Assembly: GCA_050331235.1 (NCBI GenBank)
Contig: JBHJHA010000053.1
Location: 1-64,000, forward strand
Reading direction: 5' to 3'
Length of the DNA stretch: 64,000 bases
Source of the DNA: Leptolyngbyaceae cyanobacterium
GTDB lineage: Bacteria; Cyanobacteriota; Cyanobacteriia; Phormidesmidales; Phormidesmidaceae
Shown here: piece after piece, positions 1-9,418 of the stretch
How positions within the stretch are numbered: position 1 is the first letter of the stretch
Layout: each line of letters begins with the position of its first letter
Notes under the pieces: model-generated
Seen by the model: only the letters and a program-made list of their open reading frames with translations
Database searches by the model: none
Told to the model about the DNA's origin: nothing
Translations under genes and position numbers: made by a program

Positions 1-75
1 TCGCTTCACCAACTGCTCGAGTTCATGGCGTTCGGTTTCGCTCACAATGAGGGCGGGCAGGGCGCGACCAGGCAT
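1..75 (-). CDS. 5' end of an IS630-transposase-like helix-turn-helix protein (runs off the window)
   Basis: Manual translation from ATG at 75: MPGRALPALIVSETERHELEQLVKR, resembling the 'LSxxERxELEQLVKR' start of cyanobacterial IS630/HTH proteins; only 25 codons visible. Confidence 0.55.
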   Translation of the reverse strand, partial: MPGRALPALIVSETERHELEQLVKR

Positions 76-260
76 CAGACTCAGGCCTCTAAAACTGACT
101 CCTTAAGGGTATCTGCATTTCCGCCATGCGGTACTAGTCTAGACGGCATGCGAATCTCCGGATGCTGCATCACAACATGGGCACTAGCCGTTAGCGTGGC
201 CTCGTAAGCTTTGGAGCTCATGATTTGCATTAGGGATATGGATGTTGTCTGCTGCCTACT

Positions 261-294
261 AAAAAAAAGGAAACCCATGAACATGAGCTTCCTT
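261..294 (-). terminator. Intrinsic terminator downstream of psbX
   Basis: Minus strand AAGGAAGCTCATG-TT-CATGGGTTTCCTT followed by a T run. Confidence 0.8.
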
Positions 295-323
295 CACCAA
301 TGAACAAACTTAGCAGCACCAGC

Positions 324-443
324 CTACTGACGCTGAATCTTATCTTTCTGGCTAATGAAAATTAAAAAGATAGTCGCAGGAATCACGACAATCAAAGTAC
401 CGGCCAACAGGCTCAACAGAAAATTCGTAAGAGAGGGTGTCAT
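324..443 (-). CDS. psbX: Photosystem II protein PsbX (39 aa; below the ORF-track cutoff)
   Basis: Manual translation [39 protein letters not shown], the typical PsbX MTPSL-NF...ISQKDK pattern. Confidence 0.95.
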   Translation of the reverse strand: MTPSLTNFLLSLLAGTLIVVIPATIFLIFISQKDKIQRQ

Positions 444-927
444 GGTTTGCAGATCTTAAATGAACCAACTGCCAAGATTGTAACCTAACCCCTTGACCAG
501 TCTGACAAAAACGTCGACTTACCAGGCCGTGAACAAGCCATATTTCAGTGCCCAACAAAAATCTATCCATTCAGCAGGACCGGCCTAATCAGTTTGGCGG
601 AAGCGCTGTATTGATCGGAAACATGATTGGTATGACTTTACTGGGCCCTCAACCCTTACACAGCTCCTTTTTAGACGGTGGTTGGACTCAAGATCAGGGT
701 GATTACTCAATGGTTTGCCTATGATCCTGAGAGCAGACCCTATACTCGTATGAGTAATTACGGAAGGTGCGGGCTACTAAGACGCAAAAAGTAGTTCCAA
801 AGTAAGGGGAGTTTGGTGCAATGGAACTGTTGCGCTAGCCGCTGATTCAAACCGATCTACGATTAAAATGTTGGGCCTTAGTAGAGGTTGACTGACTGGT
901 GATGATACGAATGAGGATGCGCAAGTC

Positions 928-2457
928 TTGATCGATCAGGGTGAGTCTTTTGAGATTGAAGGGAGTGTTTGTAGCGTCGGGCAAGAAAGCCTGCTGCTGC
1001 TACATGGCGATGCCCATATCATTGAATCACTGTCAACCATCCTGAGCCGCCATCATTACGCAGTCAACGCGATCGCCGATTACACCATCTCCCCTCAATT
1101 TCTTAAAGACAATGGGATCGATTTAGTGATTCTGGCGATGGACTTGTTAGCTGCTTCAGACTATCGTTTTTGCCATCGACTCCAAGCCCAACGCTTTAGC
1201 CGTGATATTCCCGTTATCGTGGTGGGCGATCGCCATCCCGAGCACATTGCCAAAGCCTTTGAGTCCGGCGGGCAGGATTACATCAGTGCGCCCTTCTTTC
1301 CAGAAGAGATTATTGCGCGGGTCCAAGCTAGGCTGAGTGGTTATCGGCGGCGGCAACAACTAAGCCAGCAAAACCGTTTACTGCTAGAAGAGGTGCGAGA
1401 ACGCAAACTTACTGAGGCGGCCCTGCAAACAGCCGAAAAAAAATATCGCCGTATCTTTGAAAACGCCACTGAAGGCATTTTTCAAACCAGTGTCGCCGGA
1501 CGGTACATCAGCGTCAATCCAGCCCTCGCCAAAATCTATGGTTATGAGTCCCCCGAAGAGCTGATTGAGTGCGTTCCCGACATTAATCATGGTCTCTATG
1601 TCCAGCCCCAACGACGAGCTGAGTTAGAAGTTTATCTCAAGCAGTTTGACCAAATTGAAGGGTGTGAGTCTGAGATCTATCGCAAAGACGGCAGCACCAT
1701 TTGGATCAGCGAAAACATTCGCAAAATCTACGACGAGGTCGGTCAGTTTCAATATTACGAAGGCATCGTTCACGACATTACAGAACAGCGCCGCATGGAG
1801 ATGGAACTGCGGCAGCAGCGGCAACAAGCAGAGCGGCTACTGGGCAATATCTTGCCGTATCAAATTGCCAATCGACTGAAAAGTAGCCCCCGCACGATCG
1901 CTGAAAACTTTGACGAAGTGACGGTCTTGTTTGCCGATTTAGTCCAGTTCACAGCGGCATCCGGCCAGATGGAGGCTAAAGAACTGGTCAAGCTACTCAA
2001 TCAAGTGTTTTCCCATTTTGACCGGCTCGCTGAAAAATATGGTTTAGAAAAAATCAAAACCATTGGTGATGCCTACATGGCCGCAGCTGGCCTCCCCGTA
2101 CCGCGACCTGACCATGCTGATGCCGTCGCCTCGATGGCTCTAGAGATGCAAACCGCCATTACGCAATAAAAGCGCCCTGATGGTCAACCCTTTCAACTGC
2201 GTATTGGCATTAGCTGTGGGCCCGTGATTGCGGGCGTTATTGGTGTACGCAAATTCGCCTATGACCTGTGGGGCGACACCGTTAACCTCGCCAGTCGCAT
2301 GGAGAGTACAGGGATTCCTGAACGTATTCAGGTGACGCCGGAAGTGTATGAACGACTCAAGCATCATTACAACTTTGACCCGCGCGGCGCGGTGTTTATT
2401 AAAGGGCGTGGCAACGTGGAAACCTACTGGTTGGTCAACCGCAAGGGCCCAGTCTAG
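928..2457 (+). pseudogene. REC(degenerate)-PAS-class III adenylate/guanylate cyclase interrupted by in-frame TAA at 2167-2169
   Basis: ORFs 928..2169 and 2224..2457 are in the same frame; read-through gives TQ*KRPDGQPFQLRIGISCGPVIAGVIG...YDLWGDTVNLASRMES; motifs VTVLFADLV and KIKTIGDAYM lie upstream of the stop. Confidence 0.85.
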
Positions 2458-2501
2458 CGGCTCGACTGGCATACTGAAAAAGCCTGCCTTTCCATCAGAC
2501 C

Positions 2502-3596
2502 ATGTTGTCACTTTCTCCTGCTTTGCAGCAGCGCCTTCAAACGCCGCTTCACATTGGGACCGTTGAGATCCATAGCCGAGTGTTTCAGTCTCCTCTGTCA
2601 GGCGTCACTGACAAAGTTTTTCGGCGGTTAGTGAGGCGATATGCGCCCACTTCCATGATGTATACCGAAATGGTACATGCCTCGGGGGTTTGCCATGTCG
2701 ATACGCTGCCGCAAATGATGGAGGTGGACCCGGATGAACATCCAATCAGCATTCAGCTTTTTGACAGTCGACCGGATTTTTTGGCGGAAGCGGCTCGGCG
2801 GGCCGTGGCCGAAGGGGCTGACACCATTGACTTGAATATGGGCTGTCCGGTCAACAAAATTACGCGCAAAGGGGGAGGCTCATCTTTGCTCAAAGATCCC
2901 TGCATGGCGGTAGCGATCGCCCAAACGGTAGTGGATGCCGTTGAGGTTCCCGTTTCAGTTAAGACCCGCATCGGATGGGATGATGAGCAGATCAATGCAG
3001 TGGATTTTGCGCGGCGGCTAGAAGACACCGGTATCCAGTTGCTGACGCTGCACGGTCGGACCCGCGCCCAAGGCTACACTGGCACTGCCCGCTGGGAGTG
3101 GATCGGTCGCGTGAAAGAGGCGTTATCGATTCCCGTTATTGCCAACGGCGATATTAACTCGGTGGAAGCGGCTATCCGCTGCTTAGAGCTGACCCAGGCC
3201 GATGGCGTTATGTGCTCTCGGGGGACCCTGGGTTACCCCTTTCTCGTGGGAGAAATTGACTACTTTCTGAAAACGGGCGATCGCTTGCCTACGCCAACGA
3301 CCATTGATCGGCTGCTCTGTGCCCAAGAACATCTGCGCCTGATTGCTAACTACAAAGGCTATCGGGGCATTTGTCAGGCCCGTAAGCACATGACGTGGTA
3401 CGTCAAAGGCTTTCCGGGGGCGGCCGACCTGCGCGAGGACCTCTGTCGCATCGAGTCGGTGGCGGAGGGCACTGCGCTACTCCAGCAGGCGATCGCTACC
3501 TTGACTGCAGCCGGTGAGCGTAACCGTTTGTGGCCCTCCGCAGAGGCGCTTGAAACGTTGGCCCCAACCCCGGCTACTCAGCCGGTTTTGAGATAA
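2502..3596 (+). CDS. dusB: tRNA dihydrouridine synthase DusB
   Basis: DLNMGCP, VSVKTRIGWD, LHGRTR and IANGDI motifs. Confidence 0.9.
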   Translation: MLSLSPALQQRLQTPLHIGTVEIHSRVFQSPLSGVTDKVFRRLVRRYAPTSMMYTEMVHASGVCHVDTLPQMMEVDPDEHPISIQLFDSRPDFLAEAARRAVAEGADTIDLNMGCPVNKITRKGGGSSLLKDPCMAVAIAQTVVDAVEVPVSVKTRIGWDDEQINAVDFARRLEDTGIQLLTLHGRTRAQGYTGTARWEWIGRVKEALSIPVIANGDINSVEAAIRCLELTQADGVMCSRGTLGYPFLVGEIDYFLKTGDRLPTPTTIDRLLCAQEHLRLIANYKGYRGICQARKHMTWYVKGFPGAADLREDLCRIESVAEGTALLQQAIATLTAAGERNRLWPSAEALETLAPTPATQPVLR

Positions 3597-3717
3597 TTCA
3601 CGAAGATCGCCAAAGGATTTCCGTTTTTTGGCTAGGATAGGAAGCAGTCCCGCCTCCAACGGAAGCTCGCCCTGGCGTAACTTCACACGAGGTGATTTCT
3701 GTTCTTTTTGAATTTTC

Positions 3718-4374
3718 ATGACGTCCTACGCAACATCCACCGCTAGAGCCGATATGGGAGAGTTACGCCGCCTACGGAGTTTGCTACCGCCTGAACTGCA
3801 AAGCTGGGTCACGGTAGAGGCCGCAACTGACGTGACACCGCCCCTGATTACCAGTGAAGAGCTCGGTAAAGATCAAGTTGAGATCCAGATTGATCTGGCC
3901 AAATGGGAGAGTTTTGCGTTAGACCAGCGCAATCTGCTGTTCTGGCATGAGGTCGGACGAGTCCAAAATGACACCATTCCGAGGGATGGGTGGGAAATGG
4001 CTGCCCTGGCTATTGGTTTGGGGGGCGCCATCGGCGAGCTATGGGTGCAAGATGGCTTGCTGCTTATGCTAGCCTTGGCCTTATGCGGCTTCTCGGGCTG
4101 GCGACTATATAAGCGCAATAATCCAATCAAGGCGGTGGAAGAGGCAATTGATGCTGACGAACGGGCGATCGCGATCGCGACGCGCTTCGGCTACACCTTG
4201 CCCAACGCGTATAAGAGTCTGGGCAGCGCCCTGAAAACTCTGATCGAACAAACGCCCAAAAAGCGTAAACGTGATCAGTACATTAAACGGCTAGACGCGC
4301 TGAAAAAGAGTGCAACTAAAGCTAAAGAGCGCGCTCGCGGGGCTAACAACCCAGGTGCCCGACCAGTTTACTAA
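3718..4374 (+). CDS. DUF3318-family cyanobacterial membrane protein
   Basis: Conserved cyanobacterial start MTSYATSTARADMGELRRL, NLLFWHEV motif, two hydrophobic segments. Confidence 0.75.
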   Translation: MTSYATSTARADMGELRRLRSLLPPELQSWVTVEAATDVTPPLITSEELGKDQVEIQIDLAKWESFALDQRNLLFWHEVGRVQNDTIPRDGWEMAALAIGLGGAIGELWVQDGLLLMLALALCGFSGWRLYKRNNPIKAVEEAIDADERAIAIATRFGYTLPNAYKSLGSALKTLIEQTPKKRKRDQYIKRLDALKKSATKAKERARGANNPGARPVY

Positions 4375-4410
4375 TCGGTCTTTTGCAATCTTCGCGAATA
4401 CTCATCTTGT

Positions 4411-4443
4411 AAACAGACGTTCTGATACAGAGCGTCTGTTTTT
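4411..4443 (+). terminator. Intrinsic terminator
   Basis: AAACAGACGTTCTG-ATA-CAGAGCGTCTGTTT followed by Ts. Confidence 0.8.
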
Positions 4444-4730
4444 GTGTATGGGTATGTGTCACTTTGGTGGCCAGTAAAAGATCCGGCAGTTTGCGGCCGT
4501 CAACTCTCATCGCCTAAGCCAACATGAATGAAAGCTTCGCCCTCACTTAACGCTTGCGCGATCGCAGGCAATTTGGTCTTAACCCCGACCGACCGCCATC
4601 GAGGAAACGGCTTAGCCCCAAAACCCATCGGCTAAAAATTGCGATGGTTGCCGTCTCATTGATCGGATTCACACCAGCCGCTCGATAACTGATCGAGCGA
4701 TGGATGCGACATTATTTAGAAGGTTTAACC

Positions 4731-4940
4731 ATGCTTGTCAATGAAGTTCGATTTGGCCGACTGATCCTGCTGTTTAGCACTGTTTTAATGGTTACCGCTT
4801 ACCTGCCTCACCCCAATCTAGACCGATCTCTACCCCAGTCCATCAATAGCTGGTTTCAAACTGCAGAGGCCGAAGAGCGTTCTGAGTTGCGAATTCACCG
4901 TATGGCCAATGGCAGAAATATTACAGGCCGGCTCGATTAG
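4731..4940 (+). CDS. Small hypothetical membrane or secreted protein
   Basis: GAAGG upstream of ATG 4731; N-terminal hydrophobic stretch LILLFSTVLMVTAYL. Confidence 0.45.
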   Translation: MLVNEVRFGRLILLFSTVLMVTAYLPHPNLDRSLPQSINSWFQTAEAEERSELRIHRMANGRNITGRLD

Positions 4941-5790
4941 GATAGCGGCGTAAGAGGGTAAAGAAGCGACCAGAATCAAATGAGCGAGGGTCTTGCCGAC
5001 TGCCGGAGCGATCGACCGCTTTATGGGTGGTTAGCCGATTGTCTGGGATACTGCTTTGGGCAATGAGCCAAGCCAGAGATTCATATTGCGCTTGAGTATA
5101 ACCGCTGTGGTTGGGGCCATTGCCCCGACCATCACTCGGGGTTTCGAGCGATACATGGTAAGCAAAATTATTCACTGACGAGGGAAATGCTGGATTAGTG
5201 GTGACAGTTTCTGGTCCGTTGGGGCCATTGAAGACAGAGTTACCAGCGCCATAGGCGCGCTTTTCGGGGGGCACGATGTAATAGATGGTGCCGTCGCGAC
5301 CAATGAGGGTGTGATAACTTACCTGATCGTTATCGTTCGGATGATAGGTCTGAAAAAGATTAAGGGCGCTCTGAGCCGATCCAACGGTTTCATGCATCAC
5401 TGCGATGAACTGATTGCTGATGGGTTGGCCATAGGCATCAGTACTGTAGCGATCGCCATAGTTTGACGGATCGGCCAATTGGATTACCTGTCGTGGTTGA
5501 TAGTTAGGTGCAGTCTGGGCAATGACGGCTTCATCTGAAGTGAAATCGAGCGCACTGGACTCGTCTGTCAGAGCCGTTGGCACCATCGTCAACACGGCCG
5601 TTTCAGCCAAATTAGGCAACCCAGCAACGGTTTCGACAGCTTTGAGGGATTGGGGCCGAGGAAATACCAAGACCAACGTCGCGAGTAACGCCACCACACT
5701 CAATCCTTTCCACCAATACCCACGACTCTGCATCGGCATGGCTGCCACTCCTTCCAATCTGTTTACGCCACAACGACGACTATTTGCCAC
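4921..5790 (-). CDS. N-acetylmuramoyl-L-alanine amidase (Amidase_2/AmpD-like); start probably at a downstream Met
   Basis: VMHET, SYHTLI, AYGAG, HVSLE and THKAVD...DP motifs; N-terminal TM segment. Confidence 0.85.
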   Translation of the reverse strand: MANSRRCGVNRLEGVAAMPMQSRGYWWKGLSVVALLATLVLVFPRPQSLKAVETVAGLPNLAETAVLTMVPTALTDESSALDFTSDEAVIAQTAPNYQPRQVIQLADPSNYGDRYSTDAYGQPISNQFIAVMHETVGSAQSALNLFQTYHPNDNDQVSYHTLIGRDGTIYYIVPPEKRAYGAGNSVFNGPNGPETVTTNPAFPSSVNNFAYHVSLETPSDGRGNGPNHSGYTQAQYESLAWLIAQSSIPDNRLTTHKAVDRSGSRQDPRSFDSGRFFTLLRRYPNRAGL

Positions 5791-5856
5791 CTTCCGCTAA
5801 TTGTGCCGAAGACTCTGGGGGCGATCACACTTTTAACAATTATTTTTCTGCAAAAT

Positions 5857-6306
5857 TTACCAAGATGACCATCGATCCAAGGCTCGTTTGCCGCCCCACC
5901 GGGCTACGATTTCATCATCATAGTTGTCGGCAAGGCGTACTACTGTAGTCACTGAATACTTGAGCTCGATTTGATCACAGGTTGACCCGACTAAACTGTG
6001 TTCAAAGACGATGTCGTCTTCAGAGTCAAAGGCAAATCGACCAAATCGAATGCCGTTATTTTCCCGCAATAGGTAGTAGGAGAGCTCTGGCGTTACCGTG
6101 ATGTCAGTGACCACATAAGACCGCGTGGTGATCAGCGCGTCGTTTTCTTCCCAGGGCATGACTCGAGTGGAGGCTACCGCCGAGCCAAAGTTAACCACGA
6201 ACAAAGGCTCGTCATCAAATACGACAACACTGCCACCGAACAAATTATGCATCCAGGGGTCAATCCGCTTGTAGCAGGCCTCTTGAGCAGTCGTCTGAAA
6301 TTCCAT
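5857..6306 (-). CDS. YbjN/T3SS-chaperone-like domain protein
   Basis: LLRENxxxRFGRF and ADxYDDEIVARWGG patterns; ATG at 6306. Confidence 0.7.
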   Translation of the reverse strand: MEFQTTAQEACYKRIDPWMHNLFGGSVVVFDDEPLFVVNFGSAVASTRVMPWEENDALITTRSYVVTDITVTPELSYYLLRENNGIRFGRFAFDSEDDIVFEHSLVGSTCDQIELKYSVTTVVRLADNYDDEIVARWGGKRALDRWSSW

Positions 6307-6441
6307 TCCACCCGATAATTCGTAAATCAGTCCTAGTTTGCCTATTTTGGCATTGATAGGGGACACTCTGATAGACGCTTGTGGTTTGCCTAGGTTGCTG
6401 TCGTCTTTCAGTATCGTAGAAAAAAAGGTCTTGAGCCGAAG

Positions 6442-7899
6442 ATGTCCTTGCCTGAGCCCGCTGCTGATAATACAGAGTTTGACTTGGCTACCGAGTTAGA
6501 CATGGTGATTGCCGAGTTTGAAGATTTGCAATCAGAATTTACTTATGGTCAGGCAAAAGGTGCTCTGCAGGCGATTTGGGAACGGCTCAACTTGACCCCG
6601 CGGGAGGCGGCTGAACTCGAGTCAGAGGTCACCCAGTTGACTCAACTGCGGCAAAAGCTTGATCAGGCAGTGGTCCAAATTGCGGTTTTTGGGTTGGTTG
6701 GACGGGGTAAGTCTTCGCTGTTGAATGCCCTGGCCGGGGCACCAATTTTTGCCACTGGGCCTACCCATGGGGTTACTCAAACAGTTGAATCAACCCAGTG
6801 GCAGGTTGAGCCAGCCGCCCTGGGCGATCGCGTCAGCCTGCAGCAGGCTGTGGTTCCTGGTGTGGGCCAGTCTCGCATTGAGCTTATTGATACGCCGGGC
6901 TTGGATGAGGTCAATGGCGAACTGAGATCGCAGCTGGCTCAACAGGTGGCAACCACCGCTGACCTGATTTTGTTTGTGATTGCGGGCGATATTACCCGGG
7001 TTGAATATGAAGCGCTGGTGCAGCTCAGAGCCGCCAGCAAGCCGATGTTGCTGGTCTTTAACAAAATTGATCAATATCCAGAGGCCGATCGCCAATCGAT
7101 TTATACCGCCTTGGTCGATCAGCGGTTGCGCGACCTGATCTCGGCCGATGAAATTATCATGGTGTCGGCGGCCCCTTTGGTTGCCGTCGCGTCACCTCCA
7201 GAGGGTGGTCGCCGCCGCCCCACACTACAGCGTGGCGCGCCCCAGATAGAACTCCTCAAACTTAAAATTTTGGAGGTTTTGCAGCGGGAGGGCTTGGCGC
7301 TGATTGCGCTGAATAGCTTGCTCTATGCTGATGAGCTAAATGAAACTATCGTGCAAAAGAAGCTCGAGATTCGCGGTCGGGCGGCCGACGATGTGATTTG
7401 GCGGAGCGTCATGGCTAAGGCGATCGCCGTAGCCGTGAATCCGGTCACTGTTTTAGATGTGCTGACTGGGGCCATCATCGACGTGGCGATGATTGTCACT
7501 TTGTCACGGCTGTATGGTCTGCCCATGACCCAGGGCGGGGCAATACAACTCCTCAGAAGCATCGCGTTAGAACTGGGGGGACTCTCCGCTAGTGAACTGC
7601 TTGTCACGTTGGGGCTCAGTTCCCTGAAAAGCTTGTTGGGAGCCAGCGCCTCCGTGACCGGAGGTCTCTCCCTCGCACCGTATACCTCGGTAGCGATAAC
7701 CCAAGCAGCCGTCGTCGGGGTCGCCACCTATGGAATTGGGCTGGTGACCAAGCAATATTTGGCGAATGGGGCGACTTGGGGCGACGCTGGCCCTAAACCC
7801 GTGGTCGATAGAATTCTGAATAATTTAGACGAGGCCTCAATTCTCAATCGGATCAAGGCCGAACTCGTTCAGAAATTAGACCCTAAGGTCAAGCTGTGA
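6442..7899 (+). CDS. GTP-binding protein with C-terminal DUF697 (YcjF-like) membrane domain
   Basis: G1 GLVGRGKSS, G3 DTPG, G4 NKID; hydrophobic C-terminus. Confidence 0.85.
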   Translation: MSLPEPAADNTEFDLATELDMVIAEFEDLQSEFTYGQAKGALQAIWERLNLTPREAAELESEVTQLTQLRQKLDQAVVQIAVFGLVGRGKSSLLNALAGAPIFATGPTHGVTQTVESTQWQVEPAALGDRVSLQQAVVPGVGQSRIELIDTPGLDEVNGELRSQLAQQVATTADLILFVIAGDITRVEYEALVQLRAASKPMLLVFNKIDQYPEADRQSIYTALVDQRLRDLISADEIIMVSAAPLVAVASPPEGGRRRPTLQRGAPQIELLKLKILEVLQREGLALIALNSLLYADELNETIVQKKLEIRGRAADDVIWRSVMAKAIAVAVNPVTVLDVLTGAIIDVAMIVTLSRLYGLPMTQGGAIQLLRSIALELGGLSASELLVTLGLSSLKSLLGASASVTGGLSLAPYTSVAITQAAVVGVATYGIGLVTKQYLANGATWGDAGPKPVVDRILNNLDEASILNRIKAELVQKLDPKVKL

Positions 7900-7911
7900 G
7901 CTCTGCCCCAA

Positions 7912-8865
7912 TTAACTAGCCAGGTACTCTCTGACGTCGCTCCGACGCTTGCGTAACGAGGTCAAAGCTTCTCGTTCAATTTGACGAACCCGCTCCCGCG
8001 ACACACTGAGGATTTCGCCAATCTTTGCCAGCGTCATGGTTTTGCCGTCAGTGAGACCAAATCGTAAAGTTAATACCTGACGCTGTTGGGGAGTCAGGTC
8101 AACCATTAACCGGTCTAAATCACTCTTGAGGGAGGATTGTGTGGCGAACTCTTCTGGAGACATGCCGTCATCCTCCAGCAGCTCACTCAGCTCAGTATCT
8201 TGATTGTCTCCCACCCGCAGATCGAGGGAGAGCGGCTGACGGGATTTTTCTAAATAGTCTCGCACCTGCTGGGGCGTCAACTCTAAGGTCTGGGCGATTT
8301 CTTCAATCGAGGCGGCTCGGCCATGCTGCTGCGATAGCTGCCGCTGAACCTTTTTGATTTTGTTGAGCTTCTCCGTAATGTGAATGGGCAGACGAATCGT
8401 CCGACTCTTTTCCGCGATCGCCCGGGTAATGGCTTGACGAATCCACCAATAGGCATAGGTGGAGAAGCGATAGCCCTTGGTCGGGTCAAACTTCTCAACT
8501 CCGCGCTGCATGCCAATCGTGCCTTCTTGAATCAAATCTAATAGGTCAACGTTGCGCTTGATATACTTCTTGGCCACGGATACAACCAAACGCAGATTGG
8601 CTTCGACCATCTTCCGCTTAGCCTGCTTGCCCAAATGCACCAGAGTCTTTAACTCATCTATGGAGATCTCAGCAGCGTCAGCCCATTCAGCTAACGTCGG
8701 CTCTCGCTCAAGCTCATCGGCTAAAGCCTCTCGATGTTTTTCCAGCGCTGTCAACTGCTGCACCTGCTTACCCAGCAGAATCTCTTCCTCGTGAGTCAAC
8801 AGGGGCACCCGACCAATCTCCTTGAGATAAGTACGCACAAGATCTGTACTTTGGGTTGTCTTCAT
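7912..8865 (-). CDS. sigD: Group 2 sigma-70 factor, SigD/RpoD3-like
   Basis: [55 protein letters not shown]; no region 1.1; two upstream HLR1-like sites. Confidence 0.8.
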   Translation of the reverse strand: MKTTQSTDLVRTYLKEIGRVPLLTHEEEILLGKQVQQLTALEKHREALADELEREPTLAEWADAAEISIDELKTLVHLGKQAKRKMVEANLRLVVSVAKKYIKRNVDLLDLIQEGTIGMQRGVEKFDPTKGYRFSTYAYWWIRQAITRAIAEKSRTIRLPIHITEKLNKIKKVQRQLSQQHGRAASIEEIAQTLELTPQQVRDYLEKSRQPLSLDLRVGDNQDTELSELLEDDGMSPEEFATQSSLKSDLDRLMVDLTPQQRQVLTLRFGLTDGKTMTLAKIGEILSVSRERVRQIEREALTSLRKRRSDVREYLAS

Positions 8866-8967
8866 GGGAACAAAACTACTAGTAACGCTGATATCAAGCC
8901 GCTTAGGCCTAATCCACTACTGCATCACGCCTGCTGAAAATGAGAAGGGCAAGGCTCGGACTTAGGC

Positions 8968-8985
8968 TGTGTAAACTACTGTAAC
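8968..8985 (-). promoter_or_regulatory. HLR1-like (RpaB-binding) direct repeat upstream of sigD
   Basis: Minus strand GTTACAGT-AG-TTTACACA versus consensus (G/T)TTACA(T/A)(T/A)-N2-repeat. Confidence 0.55.
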
Positions 8986-9167
8986 ATTTATGAGAGTGTT
9001 TCTGCCGTCCCCAAACGTGCGCCTTTAATGAAGATTTTAGAGTTTGAATGTCGCCTATGACTTGGCATCATAGCGTTCTGCTGTTCAGGGAAACTGCATC
9101 CTAGGTGACAGAAACTAAAACTTAGGATTGGTCAGCTATTTAGTGAACGTCTAATCTTCTGCGGCAT

Positions 9168-9185
9168 TTTGTAACGTAGTGTAAA
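9168..9185 (-). promoter_or_regulatory. Second HLR1-like site upstream of sigD
   Basis: Minus strand TTTACACT-AC-GTTACAAA. Confidence 0.6.
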
Positions 9186-9418
9186 CCCGAGCGGCGGTTT
9201 CTCGGGCTCTTGATAAGTCCTGGCTATAGAGAGTATAGGCGATTCGGATGATAGGAGGCGATGGTGGGCAGGCGAGAGTGCGGGCACTTGCGGGCGGACG
9301 TTGATGGACCTATCTCAGGTGAGCAAATAGATATAAGCCAGTGCTTTAGCGCAGCGACAAAAGTCTCTACAATGCTCTGAGGTGTTTTGATGATTAATAT
9401 TCGGGCAGGAGATTTCCT

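Noticed and set aside
81..284. 67-aa minus-strand ORF
   Set aside because: It starts inside the psbX terminator and has no recognisable features.
748..761. GTA-N8-TAC (NtcA-like) site
   Set aside because: No -10 box at canonical spacing on either strand; six fixed bases occur often by chance.
3597..3717. Possible 6S RNA or leader RNA before the DUF3318 gene
   Set aside because: Too short, and no long closing stem was found.
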